A stretch of DNA of 64,000 nucleotides, taken from the NCBI RefSeq assembly GCF_009914755.1, contig NC_060926.1; one strand, given 5' to 3'. The notes under the pieces are model-generated. The model was not told the DNA's origin, did no database searches, and saw nothing but the letters and a program-made list of their open reading frames with translations. The position numbers were made by a program, and so were the translations under genes. The DNA is from the human T2T-CHM13v2.0 reference genome, Homo sapiens. Each line of letters starts with the position of its first letter. Position 1 is the stretch's first letter. Below, piece by piece: positions 14,360 through 26,739 of the stretch.

Positions 14360-14610
14360 CTTTGAGGCCCAGTATCTCATTCCCTCAGCTGAACTCTGAT
14401 TTCAACAGGAGGTATTAGCTGGAATAGGCTACATCCCTTACCAGAATGCACCACTTGTCTTTCTAACCCAGTCTCCTCTGAAGCCACATGCTTGGCCAAG
14501 GCACAAGCACAGCCCAAAAAACCCAATACTGTGGGGGAAGGAAGCTTATACTACCCGGGGAAATCCTCAACCGATGGGAGATGCAGTCCAGTAGATGACT
14601 GACCTAGCAT
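14360..14610 (+). mobile_element. LTR16-like (ERVL) fragment
   Basis: ggggaaatcctcaaccgatgggagatgcagtccagtagat resembles the LTR16 motif. Confidence 0.5.
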
Positions 14611-14619
14611 GGTGCTTCT

Positions 14620-16440
14620 TTATATATTGATATGGCAGAATTTGTCTATTTTACTGTTGTTGGACATTTGAGTTGATGAGTCCGTTGAATTTTGTATCTT
14701 TACCTAATAGATGTGCTTCATTATTATTTCTAATAGTTTTCCTATACATTCTTTTGGGATTTCATATAAAGAACCCTATTGCCTACAAATAATGATAGTT
14801 TTTTTTCTTTGCAATCATTATAATTTTGTCTTTTTCTTGTCTTACTGTCCTGTGTAAGATGGTAACTAAAAAGGTGATGATAGTACATATTCTTGGTGTG
14901 TTTCTGATTTTTTAAAAATTGCTTTTAATTTTTCGCTGCTAAAATGATGTTTTCTATGCTTTTTCTTTTATAACTATCTTTCATTAGGATAGATAAATTC
15001 TTATCTATTTCTAATTTTTTGAGAGTTTTTTAAATCATGAATTAATGTTGTATTTTATAAAACACTATTCCTGCTTCATATTGAGTTGATTATATGGTTT
15101 TTCTCCTTTAATCTGTGAATGTACTAATTACACTATTGATCTTTGAAATTTTAAACCCACCTTTTTTTTTTTTTTTTTTTTAGCACAACTGAGCTAAGCC
15201 AACTTGATAGTTTTTACACATTCCTAGGTTGGGTTTGAAAATATATTTATTTAGAATTTTTGCATCTGTGGTAATGAGTCAAATTGGCCTATAATTTTGA
15301 TATTTGAGGCTTGTTACAGTAACCTCATATAAGTTGTTGGGGAGCATTTCTTTGTTTTCTGAAGGACTTTATGCAAATATTCACTAATATCTGTTCCTAA
15401 AAATCCCTCTACATCCACTGTTTTATTCATGGGATGATTTTTAGCTATTGAACCAGTTCCTTTAGAGATTATAGGATAATTAAGTTATTTTTTCTTGCTT
15501 TACTAACAGCTTTAATAATTGGTATTTTTCTTCCAATGTATTTAACTACAGGTAAAATTTTACTGATGTATAGTTGTTTCTACTATTCCCTTTACTATCT
15601 TTTGAAATCTCTATTATATCTTTTTTAGTCAGTCTTTCTTGAGGTTTGTCTTTTTTAAAAACTTTTATTTAACTCTTCTATTATACATTTGTTTTCTAAT
15701 TTATTCATTTCTGCCTTCATAGTTTGTCACTTTTGTATTTCCTTTGGATCAATTCTGTTTGGTTTTCACTTTTTGAGTATTTAGCTCCCATATTCCCAAG
15801 GCTTTCTTATTTTCCAATGCATTGATTTAAGGTTATACATCTTCCTCTAAGTATTGTTTTAATTTCATTCTATTGGTTTTTATAAGTAGCACTTTCTTAT
15901 TATTTGATCATGAGTACTTTCGATTCCCTCTATAATTTGGCTTTTACTTATAAATTATGTAAAAGGGTTTTTTCTTAGTTTGCAAGTATATAGTTATTCC
16001 AAAGAGATATTTTCATTGGTAATAACTAAACTACACTATTTGCAGATACAGAATGTGTTTTTTCTGATACCTTTCCTTGAAAGATTATTTAGACATGCTT
16101 TGAAGACAATAAAGTGGTTAATTTTTATAAATGTCACAGTATGCTTGGAATTTATATTATTCTGCAGTAGGGGTAGTTGAGAGAAGGTGAGAGAAGGGGA
16201 ATATTTTTTGTGTGTCTATTAGATTAAACTTATTAATTATACTTTTAAAACATTTTGTGAGTTTTTTTGTCTTCTTGATATATCTTATTTTACCAAGTAA
16301 TTTAGTTATAATTTCTCTTTGTGTTGTTGATTTTTCTTTTATGTGTTTTGAAGTTGTGTTAAGGGCAAACAAGTTGAGAATTGTGAGCTTCATGCTCACT
16401 TGGATATTATCAAGATGTAGTAATACATTTTAGAATCAAT
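14620..16440 (-). mobile_element. Ancient L1M (L1ME-like) ORF2 region
   Basis: T-rich antisense L1 pattern (gcctacaaataatgatagttt, tttttgcatctgtg, cttcctctaagtattg). Confidence 0.75.
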
Positions 16441-16444
16441 ATGG

Positions 16445-17733
16445 CTTAAAATGTTGATATTATCCAAAGCAATCTTATAAATTCAATGCAACCTCTATCA
16501 AAATACCAATAAGTTTCTTCACAGAAATAGAAAAAATAATCCTAAAATATATATGGAACTACAAAAGAACCATAATAGCCAAAGCCATCCTGAGCAACAA
16601 GAACAAAACTGGAGGAATCACATTACCTGACTTCAAATTATATTACAGAGCAATAGTAACCAAAATAACATGATACTAGCATAAAAACAGACACATAGAC
16701 CAATGAAAGAGTGGAGAAACAAATCCATACATCTACAGTGAACTCATTTTCAAGAAAGGTGCTGAAAACATACATTGGGGAAAGGACCATCTCTTTGATA
16801 AATGATGCTGGGAAAACTGGATATCCATAGGCAGAAGGAAAAAACCAGACATCTATTTCTCACTATATACAAAAATCAAATCAAAATGGATTAAAGACTT
16901 AAATCTAAGACCCCAAACCATGAAACTACTACAAGAAAACATTGGGGAAACTCTCCAGGACATTGTTCTGGGCAGATTTCTTCTTGCCCAGTTAAAATAG
17001 CTTGCATCCAAAAGTCAGGTAATAACAAATGCTGCCAGGGATGTGGAGTAAAGGGAACCCTTGTACACTGTTGGTGGGAGTGTAAATTAGTATAACCACT
17101 ATGGAGAACAGTATGGAAGTTCCTCAAAAAACTAAAAATAGAACTATCATATGATCCAGCAATCTCACTGCTAAGTATGTATCCAAAAGAAAGGAAATCA
17201 GTACATCAAAGAAATATCTATACTACCATGTTTATTGCAGCACTATTCACAGTAGCCAAGATTGCAACTGCAGTGTCCAACCACTGATGAATGGATAAAG
17301 AAAATATGGCACATATGCACAATGGAGTACTAATCAGCCATAAAAAGAATGAGATCCTGTCTTCCAACAACATGGATGAAACTGGAGGACATTATGTTAA
17401 GTGAAATAAGTCAGGCACAGAAAGATAAACTTTGCATGTTCTCACTCATTTATGGGAGCTAAAAATAAAAACAATTGAACTCATGGAGATAGAGAATAGA
17501 ATGATTGTCACCAGAGGCTGGGAAGGGTAGTGGGATAGGGGTAGGGGTGGAGTGGGCAAATGGGTACAAAAATTTAGTTAGAATGAATGAGAGCTATTAT
17601 TTCATAGCACAATGGAGTGACTATAGCTTACAATAATTTATTGTACATTTAAAAATAAAACTTTACAGTTGGACAGTTTGTAACCCAAAAAAGTGATAAA
17701 TGCTTAAATGATGAATAGCCCATCAAAAAAAAA
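16445..17733 (+). mobile_element. L1MA-type ORF2 end plus 3'UTR with an internal deletion
   Basis: aattcaatgcaacctctatcaaaatacc...; L1MA 3'UTR (tagttagaatgaatgag...gtttgtaac...gataaatgct); register jump near 16983. Confidence 0.88.
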
Positions 17734-17739
17734 TATATA

Positions 17740-18575
17740 TCTACCCTTTACCCTTTGTCTCAGTGGTTTCACCGGTAGAGTTTACCCAAAGGAAATTAGC
17801 CATGCAAATATGTGTGTTCAAGAATATTTACTGCAGCATAGTTTATCATATATTTAAAAGTTGAGATCCACCTAAATGTACTACAGTAGGAAATTGGTTT
17901 AAATGGTTCACCAAACAGTGGAATACTGGGCCACTATTATGAATGATGTTGGCTCATGGGCTTCCTGATGTGATTCAATGAGAAGAAGACAACATCACTT
18001 ATGTGGTATTCCTGCCAAAAATGCATAAACATCAGACATACCCAAATTTAAGAATAGTCTACAGAATAACTGCCTATATTCTTTTAAAATGTCAGTATAA
18101 CAAAAGGCAAAGTAAGTCTAAGAAACTGTACCCATATTAAAGGAAATCAAAAAGACTTGACAATGAAAGGCAATACATGATCCTGGATTAGATCTTGGGC
18201 CAAGGAAAAAAATTGTTATAAAGGACATTATGAGGCAATTGGCAAAACTTTAATATGGACCGTAAATTATATCATAATGTTACATCAGTATAAGTTTTCT
18301 GATTTTAATCATTGCACTGCATTATGTGAAAGAATGTTTTTGTTGTTAGGAAATTCACATTGATGGGTTTAAGGGTAAGGGGGCATCTTGTGTGTAACTT
18401 ACTGTCAGGTGGCTCAGAAAAAATACTAATGTGTATTTATAAAGAAATAATGATAAAGCAGATGTGGTCAAATGATATCAATGTGTGAATCTGAGTGAAG
18501 AGTATCCTCAAATTCTTTTTAGTATTCTTGCCCTTCTTCTGTGAGTTTAGAAGTATTTCACAAAGGCTAAAAAAA
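17740..18575 (+). mobile_element. L1MC/L1ME 3'-end fragments
   Basis: caacatcacttatgtggtattcctgccaaaaatgcataa...atcctggattagatc is a known old L1 3'UTR motif. Confidence 0.75.
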
Positions 18576-19146
18576 GAAGAAAGATGTGGTAACTCTTTTT
18601 TAAAAATCTCTAGTGATGCTTTTCCTTTAAAGACTAATTTGTCTGACATTGTAACTATATTAGATTCATTTTTCTTACCAGCTCTCTAGCATAATTTTAC
18701 CCACATTTTACTTTCATCCTTTTTGTGTCCTTATATACTCAATGTGTCTCAGTTTCATATGTGTGTGCATATCATATATATCTATATGAAATTAGTAGCA
18801 TATTTTACATGCTGTTGTGTAGCCTTTTATTTTTAAAATATCATGAATATTTCCATTTATTAATATTTTTCCAAAAATTAATAGCTATATAGTATTCCAT
18901 TCTATGTATGTACGCTGCTTTCAGATAAGTTTGTTTTCCTTAAGTTTTTACTATTATAAATAACTTGATAAACTTTTTTATTCATACATACTTACAAATT
19001 CCTCCAATTGCTTCCTTATATAAATTTCTAGAATAAAACTTTCCCATTTAAATATTTAAAAAAATATTTGGAGCACACAGTCATTTGAGAATATTCCCTA
19101 TAGAAAAAAAGAAAAACTAATACTTTCATCAGAAGTGTAAGAAGGT

Positions 19147-19335
19147 AGCCTGAGCAACATAGTGAGACCTTGTCTCTACTTAAAACCAAAAAACACATTA
19201 GCTGGGCGTGGTACTAGGGATCTGAGGTGAGAAGATTGCTTGAGCCCAGGAGGTCAAGGCTGAAGTGAGCCATAATTCCACCACTGCATTCCAGCCTGGG
19301 TGACGTAGCGAGACCCTATCTAAAAAACCAAAAAA
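19147..19335 (+). mobile_element. 5'-truncated AluJ with internal deletion
   Basis: agcctgagcaacatagtgagacc...gattgcttgagcccaggaggtcaaggctg; degenerate TSD aagtgtaagaaggt/aagtataggaaggt. Confidence 0.88.
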
Positions 19336-19506
19336 GTATAGGAAGGTGATTTTTTTCCCCACATCCTACTAAATATTAGCAGTATATAGTCTTTTTATCC
19401 TTGCTATTGGGACAGGCAAAATTAAACAAATAAACAAAATAGTGTATCTTGGCATTTTATGTATGGGAAATTTTCTGTCTTGTCTTAATTATATCTTTTT
19501 TTAAAA

Positions 19507-19586
19507 ATTTTATTATTAGTATACTTTAAGTTTTAGGGTACATGTGCACAACGTGCAGGTTTGTTACATATGTATACATGTGCCAT
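19507..19586 (-). mobile_element. Very short young L1PA 3' terminus (about 80 bp)
   Basis: atactttaagttttagggtacatgtgcacaacgtgcaggtttgttacatatgtatacatgtgccat. Confidence 0.92.
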
Positions 19587-19921
19587 CTTGTACTCATTTA
19601 AAAAAATGTTATTTTTGATGTGCAAGAAATCCATGAGACACTATGTTCTATGATTTTAAAATATTTTTTTAAATTATTTACCCTTTAAGAAATAATAAAT
19701 AACTTGTTATTTACCTTTTAATTTTGTTGACACTGTTTTTATGTACGGGTGTTTGTTTTTATATTTCTCAATAATATAATCTCTTCATTTGTGGTTTATC
19801 TCTTTGTTGTTATGCTTAGAATGATCTTCCCCTCTCCAAGATTACATATATGTTCACTTAATTTTTTTAGAACTTCTGTGATTTTGCTTATGACACAAGG
19901 CATTCCTCTCTTTGGAATTTA

Positions 19922-20232
19922 TTTATTATTTATTTTATTTATTTTTTGAGATGAATCTCACTCACTCTATTGCCCAGGCTGGAGTACAGCAGCGTAATCT
20001 AGGCTTACTGTAACCTCTGCCTCCCCAGTTCAAGTGATTCTCCTGCCTCAGCCTCCTGAGTAGCTGGGACCACCGGTGTGCACCATCACATCTGGCTAAT
20101 TTCTGTAATTTTGGTAGAGTTGGGGTTTCACCATGTTGGTCAGGCTGGTCTCGAACTCCTGACCTCAATTGATAGGACTGTCTCAGCCTCCTAAAGTGCT
20201 GGGATTACAGATGCGAGCCACTGCGCCCTGCC
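19922..20232 (-). mobile_element. AluS
   Basis: Full antisense dimer, (TTTA)n tail, exact TSD tctctttggaattta (19907-19921 and 20233-20247). Confidence 0.96.
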
Positions 20233-20799
20233 TCTCTTTGGAATTTAAATTGGCAAATTCTGTGAATACAGTTTCTTATGAGATAAGTAACCAAATGTTG
20301 AATCATCTTTAAAAAAAATTTCTCTCTCACTGGTTTGTACTTCTGCGTCTATTGTGTTTTGAAGATGTAAATATTCTTCACCTGTTTCTAGACTTTTCAG
20401 GCTGTTTCACTGATTGCCTATGTGTTCTGTGGTTAGTGCCACACTCTTAAATGCCATTGCTTTATAATATGCTTCATTATCTTACAGTTCAAGTGCACAT
20501 CATTTAAAAATTTTACATTTGGTGGATATTTTTGCTCAGTTGTTAATTCAGAGAAATTTTAAAATAACTGTGAAGTTCCTCTCCCAAAATAGCTTTTTGG
20601 GAATTGGATTGGACTTATATCAATTTTATAAATTAACTCAGGAATTAAGTCTCTCCAATATGGCATGCCTTTAATTCTAGTTAACGAAGAAGCATAAATG
20701 GGACCTAGTTGATGCCGTATGTATGGGGACTAGGTAAATAGCACAAATGTTTCTGTTGTTTAGTCTTGAATCTCAGGGAAATAAGGCATGGGAAGTGCC

Positions 20800-21780
20800 T
20801 TACAGTGACTTTGCTGCCTTTTTTCCCATGTAAAACAGTTCACAGCTTGTCTCATTACAGCATTTGTAAAAACAGTCTGAAAGCAGTGGTGCACAAATGA
20901 ATTATTTAAAAGTTTTGCAGCAAATCGTCCTGGTCTGGCTTGCTGCTTCTTAATGCACTTTAAGTGAGCCCAGGGAGGCGAATCAGAGTGGGCACGGGGT
21001 GGAATGTAAACCGAGTTTTATTAGCTGCAAAAAGCCACTCGATAACATTTATTAAGTATCAGAGACAGTGTGTTTAAATAAGTTTGATTCCCTGAATAAC
21101 CATCGACGTTGCAACCATCTTTTCTAGATAGGAACACTCCCTTGTCAAAAATATTTATTTTCTTGTCACTTCTACTAATATAATGGGCTCCTGGGGTTTT
21201 GTGACAGTTTCTTAGCAAATCATGATTTTCAGCAAATTACTATGTGTCTCCAACTGAATACAGCTTTAATAACTGGGGGAAGGAAAGGAAAGCCACACAC
21301 ATCATTGACAATATATCATCTTATTATCAGTGCCACATTTAGGGGCTTTAGCTGCCCTAAGAAAATGAGGAGCCACACACCCTCCATGTCCTTCCCAGTC
21401 CCTCCTCCAATGAGCAGTGTCAGTAAACTTGATCTTCCCCCAGTCAGCCTGGCCTGGGGTTAATTCCTTTTCTCTTTAGGGGTGTATCAGCCCTTAAGAC
21501 CAAATAATTTATACCACAGTTGCCAAATCTGTTCCTATCTTTTTCTTTTCTGTGATGCCAAGCGAACCGGACAGATGCTCAGAATACGTCTGAGCCTAGC
21601 AGCACCTTTCTAATCTGACGTCAATAGGGTGAGTTGAGGATAGGTGTTTCTGGGATGCTGTGTTGTATATATCTGCATTATAAATCCTTTTTATCTTTGG
21701 CTAAGGTCATCAGTTTAACTCCAGACCAAAAAAAAAAAAAAATAAGTATAACAAAGTACTCGGTGGACAGGCGCTGGCTG
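20800..21780. promoter_or_regulatory. Candidate enhancer or conserved non-coding block
   Basis: Non-repeat; about 13 CpGs (above local background); full CRE TGACGTCA 21616-21623; TEAD-like GGAATGT 21001-21007; palindromic GTTGCAAC near 21108. Confidence 0.4.
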
Positions 21781-22309
21781 ATAAATATTTAATGGAACTG
21801 AGAGCTCACCTTAGGTATTTGTAAAATATTGCCTGTTTTTGTGTTTGTCCTACTCCTCTACAACCAGAGGCTGCAAATGGTCATGTGTAAGTGTATGTTT
21901 GTGAGTTTATATGTGTGTGCTTGAACCAGGAAGGGAGGAAGGGAGGGAAGAAGGGAAGGATACCTGTTCATCCATTCATGTCTTTTGTTGTAAACAGTCC
22001 TTCTGCTAGGGAAATGTGCTTATTGCTTTTTCATCACTGCACACAAATTTGTGGGATTGCATTTCCAGAGATATTAGGGAAGATTCCATTATGGAGCTTT
22101 CATGTCCTTGGCTTTTACTGTCCATGTACTCCTTTGCAGCAGGGAACAAATATTTTCCTCAGTATGGTGACTGCCAAGATTGGTGCTGTCATTGAGAAGG
22201 AGGTTGTAATTCCTCTGGGCTTCTAACTGGCTGGGGCATTCAGGTCCTTGTTTGGGACATGAACTTGTTTTAGGATATTGATTTCAACTAGAGGTTATGA
22301 GACATTGAG

Positions 22310-23028
22310 GTTCATTCATTCATTCACTCATTCACTTAATCATCTAGCAAATACTTATGGTATAACTACTTTGTGGTGGGAATTCTGTTGGGTTCAGAGC
22401 TATATTCTCTGTTCAAATTGTTCATTTACTGAGGCGTTCAGAGTAAAAAAGAGGAAATTTGAAATACAGATGATACTTCATGTGACATAGGTGGTTACAG
22501 GAGTCTATCAGTGGAACATTGCCTCATTGACCCAGTATTCTCAGAGGTGTGGTAATGGAGAGGATCTGGCAAAGCCTTTTGGAAGATGTGGGATCCATGC
22601 TAAGACCTGAACATTGAGTAACAAACAGTTGAACAGGAATAACTGCATATGCAAAGGGTCAGAGGCAGGGGAGAATGTTTGGAATATTTCAAGGGACTTA
22701 AAGTAGTAAAATGTGACTGGAACTCAGAGGCATAAAATGTGAGGCTGAAGATAGAAGCATTTGACTTCAGCCTGCTAGGATTTTGCCTTAGCTCTAGAAG
22801 CCAATGTGTTGCATTAGAGATTTTGAGTGGGGAAATTACATGATCTGATTTGGAATGTAGAAAAGTTATTATTTTTTTTTGCAAGCATGAATTCAAAGAG
22901 AGAAAGATGACTATTAAACACAAAAATAATTTAGAGAAGATAAGACCAGAGTTTGAAAGGGCAACTAAGTGGCTAATTGGGCTGAGAGTTGATGGTCTGA
23001 TCATGAACATCTCATTGGGAAGAGACAG

Positions 23029-23075
<47 letters not shown>

Positions 23076-23310
23076 TGTAATGTTTTAAACAAGACTGATT
23101 TTTTTTTATTTAATAGAAAAGAGAGGAAAGAGTCAAAAATGAGACCAGAGTTTCTGGTCTAAGTAACAAGATGGTTGCCACTTCTTGCAAAGGAGGTGAC
23201 AGAAGCAGCTTCCTTCAGAGCAAGGCCTGGGGAGTCACAGTCCCGGGGGCACAACCGGGTGGAAATACCTTGTAGATAGTGGATAGCCAGGTCTGAAGTT
23301 CAGGAGAGAC
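22310..23310 (-). mobile_element. L2
   Basis: ttcattcattcattcactcattc tail, then gcatatgcaaagg..., acatgatctgatttg, aggtctgaagttcaggagag. Confidence 0.85.
23032..23071. repeat. (GT)n microsatellite
   Basis: Seen directly. Confidence 0.97.
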
Positions 23311-23539
23311 TTTCTAGTTTTCCCTTTTGCGGATTTTAACCACTCTAGAGTGGAAAAGGTAACTAATAATATCAATTTCGTCTACCTTCAAGAGACCACT
23401 TAGGGCATCTTCATAAAAAGATGGGGTCCAAAAATCAAATGAAAACAGCATTAGACAAATGTTTTTATGCTAGTCTATATCATATCAAACATTGAGATAT
23501 TGGGAAATGTCTAGGCTTATAAATACTTTTTTAAAGTTT

Positions 23540-24280
23540 ATATATATATATATATTTTTATTACACTAAGTTCTAGGGTACATGTGCACAACGTGCAGGT
23601 TTGTTACGTATGTATACATGTGTCATGTTGGTGTGCTGCACCCATTAACTGGTCATTTACATTAGGTATATCTCCTAATGCTATCCCTCCCCCTGCCCCC
23701 ACCCCACAACAGGCCCTGGTGTGTGATGTTCCCCTTTCTGTGTCCAAGTGTTCTCATTGTTCAGTTCCCACCTATTAGTGAGAACATGCGGTGTTTGGTT
23801 TTTTGTCTTTCCAATAGTTTGCTGAGAATGATAGTTTCCAGCTTCATCCATGTCCCTACAAAGGACATGAACTCATCATTTTTTATGGCTGCATAGTATT
23901 CCATGGTGTATATGTGCCACATTTTCTTAATCCAGTCTATCATTGTTGGACATTTGGGTTAGTTCCAAGTGTTGTTATTGTGAATAGTGCCACAATAAAC
24001 ATATGTGTTCATGTGTCTTTATAGCAGCATGATTTATAATCCCTTGGGTATATACCCAGTAATGGGATGGCTGGGTCAAATGGTATTTCTAGTTTTAGAT
24101 CCCTGAGGAATCACCACACTGTCTTCCACAATGGTTGAACTAGTTTACAGTCCCACCAACAGTGTAAAAGTGTTCCTATTTTTCCACATCCTCTTCAGCA
24201 CCTGTTGTTTCCTGACTTTTTAATGATTGCCATTCTAACTGGTGTGAGATGGTATCTCATTGTGGTTTTGATTTGCATTT
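23540..24280 (-). mobile_element. L1PA4/5-like 3' end (non-inverted part of a twin-primed insertion)
   Basis: Antisense L1PA 3'UTR and ORF2 end; tail converted to (TA)n; TSD ttttttaaagttt at 23527-23539. Confidence 0.95.
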
Positions 24281-24578
24281 GACCCCAGAGTAGCTTAACT
24301 GGAAGGCACCCCTCCCCAATAGGGGCAGACTGACAGCTTACACTGCCGGGTACCCCTCTGAGACAAAACTTCCAGAGGAACGATCAGGCAGCAACATTTG
24401 CTGTTCAGCAATATTCACTGTTCTGCAGCCTCCGCTGCTGATACCCACGCAAACAGGGTCTGGAGTGGACCTCCAGCAAACTTCAACAGATCTGCAGCTG
24501 AGGGTCCTGACTGTTAGAAGGAAAACTAACAAACAGAAAGGACATCCACACCAAAACCCCATCTGTACGCCACCATCA
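24281..24578 (+). mobile_element. L1PA 5'UTR fragment, inverted relative to the adjacent 3' end
   Basis: ggggcagactgaca...aaacagggtctggagtggacctccagcaaac...gttagaaggaaaactaacaaacagaaaggacatccacacc; followed by TSD ttttttaaagttt 24579-24591. Confidence 0.95.
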
Positions 24579-25689
24579 TTTTTTAAAGTTTTTTCTCGTG
24601 TGTGGCATTTTAAACAGGAAATAAATGCTCAGTAGGTCTCAGTGAAGATAAATATCACATATTTTAAAAGATTCTTAATTCCTGGTAACATGGGACACTT
24701 TTGCATTAAGTATTTTCTTAAAAAGGGATTTGTTATCTTAGGACACTGAACACCATTAAAAAGGAAGTTATTGTTATACAGAATTTGAGGCCTCTGGCAT
24801 CAATCAAAGCAAAAATGCTTGACTTTTTTATGTAGTTGAACTTAATGGAGAAATTCAGAAACTAAATAAAGGAAAACTGATCTAAGTTGACATCCTTTTC
24901 CCACAAGTTTCTGTTAGAAGTGGGAGTGAGTTTTAGGACTCCTGGAAGAGTTAAAATAGCAGATAATACCTGATAGTACATTATTATTGAGTAAAGAAAT
25001 AAACTGAGGGGAAATCCTTCTCTATGTGTGTAGGTATTTCACAATTTCTCTTCCTCTTCATATTCACTTTTGCTCCTGGCTGGCACCGTCTTGGTCTGAC
25101 TGCATCTGTAGCACAGCTCTCACTAACACCTTTTCATTTTATTCACAATGTTGGAGCGTGTAGTCTGGTTTTCTGAAGATTTTACTTGTTAAGGTTTTGA
25201 GGTCTATTTTCCACCTCTGAGCCAACATGAGAGCAGTGGGTGTGGGTCAGAAGATGGGGTGAGTCCAGGAGCTGAGAAGAAAATGCAAGGAGAAAGAGAA
25301 AGGATTCATTCAATGATGAAGTGGATAAGGCCAATGTTTGCTTAGAGAATTAGAGATCATGGTCCTTCCCCAAAGATACAGAAGGTGCATAGCAACCCAG
25401 CAACCTGCATTCAGCAGAAGAAAAAGACTTACAAGTAGATCAGGAGTGACCCATGGAAGAGCACTGCCTTCTTTGTGCAGGCTTCTGGGGATAGAAAAAT
25501 TCACAGATAAGATTATGTGTATTTCCCATGGACAACCTGATGGTTTGAAGTTTTTATACATAGTGAAAAGACTAAATCTTGGTAATAAACGTATACATGA
25601 TACATCATTAAAGTAATAACTAACTTTAGAAGAAAAAACACACTAATACATTATTGTGTAGTGTACAATAACTTACCCTAAACACATGC

Positions 25690-26106
25690 TGTATTAGTCC
25701 GTTTTTAAATTGCTATAAAGAAATACCTGAGACTGAGTAATTCATAAAGAAAAGAGGTTTAATTGGTTCACAATTCCACAGGCTGTACAGGGAGCGTGAT
25801 GCTCCCATCTGCTCACCTTCTGGGGATGCCTCAGGAAATTATCAGTCATGGTAGAAGGCAAAGGGGAAGCAGGCAGGTCACATGGCTAGAGCAACAAGAG
25901 ACAGAGGGAAGAGGCGCTATACACTTTTAAACAACCAGATCTCGTGAGAACTCTATCACTATCCAGTACTAAGGGGGGATGGTGCTAAACTATTCATGAG
26001 AAACCACCTCCATGATTCAATCACTTCCCACCATGCCCCACTTCCAACATTTGGGATTATAATTCAACCTGAGATTTGGGTGGGAACATGGATCCAAACC
26101 ATATGA
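25690..26106 (-). mobile_element. MSTA/MSTB solo LTR
   Basis: tgtattagtcc...gctataaagaaatacctgagactg...gagatttgggtggg...ccaaaccatat; 5-bp flanks catgc/cacac fit a CpG-decayed cacgc TSD. Confidence 0.92.
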
Positions 26107-26739
26107 CACACTTTCCCCACAATAGCAAATATTTTCCAAAAAATTAATTACTAATTCTTCAGTAGTATGGTTTCAACTGGAGTCTAAGTTTTCTCATAAT
26201 CTTTAACATCACTTTCAGTGAGCAGTGTCTGCATGTGGCATGGGTGAAAGCCTGGAAGTCTTGACCTGTTTAGCATCTTTGACTCAGTGGGATTTCAAGG
26301 CATATTGAAAACTACTCTGGTTTTATGCTGAAAGTTAAATAAACAGCTTTGCTTGAATTATCAGACAAAAGCTTTTGGCAAAGAGTTGTTGAGTTCTTAC
26401 ATGATTGTCCTTCATGAAATTTATTTCAGTGACACCAAAGTCTCTACTTTAGAAAATTCTAGAGGTCTTCAAAGGATTTTACAATTTTTACCAGTTTTAA
26501 TTATCATAACTGATTTATGCCTAATTTTTGTTTGTATATATAATATATAAAATTGTATAATGTTGGATTGTAATGTAATATTTTAAAAATATATTTAAAA
26601 CAAGGATGAAATGTTCCCAAATACAAAATAACTCAACTGAGGCAACAATGGCATGAATAGATTGCTTTTATAACAACCAAGTCAGGCCACAGCTGACTCA
26701 CTTTTCCATCTGGTAATTCTTTTTAACTGTATTTATAAA

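Larger units (their letters stand above)
18600..20680 (-). mobile_element. Ancient L1ME tract hosting younger inserts
   Basis: Antisense L1 motifs (atagtattccattctatgtatgtac, ttagtgccacac, tttgggaattggattgg). Confidence 0.65.
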
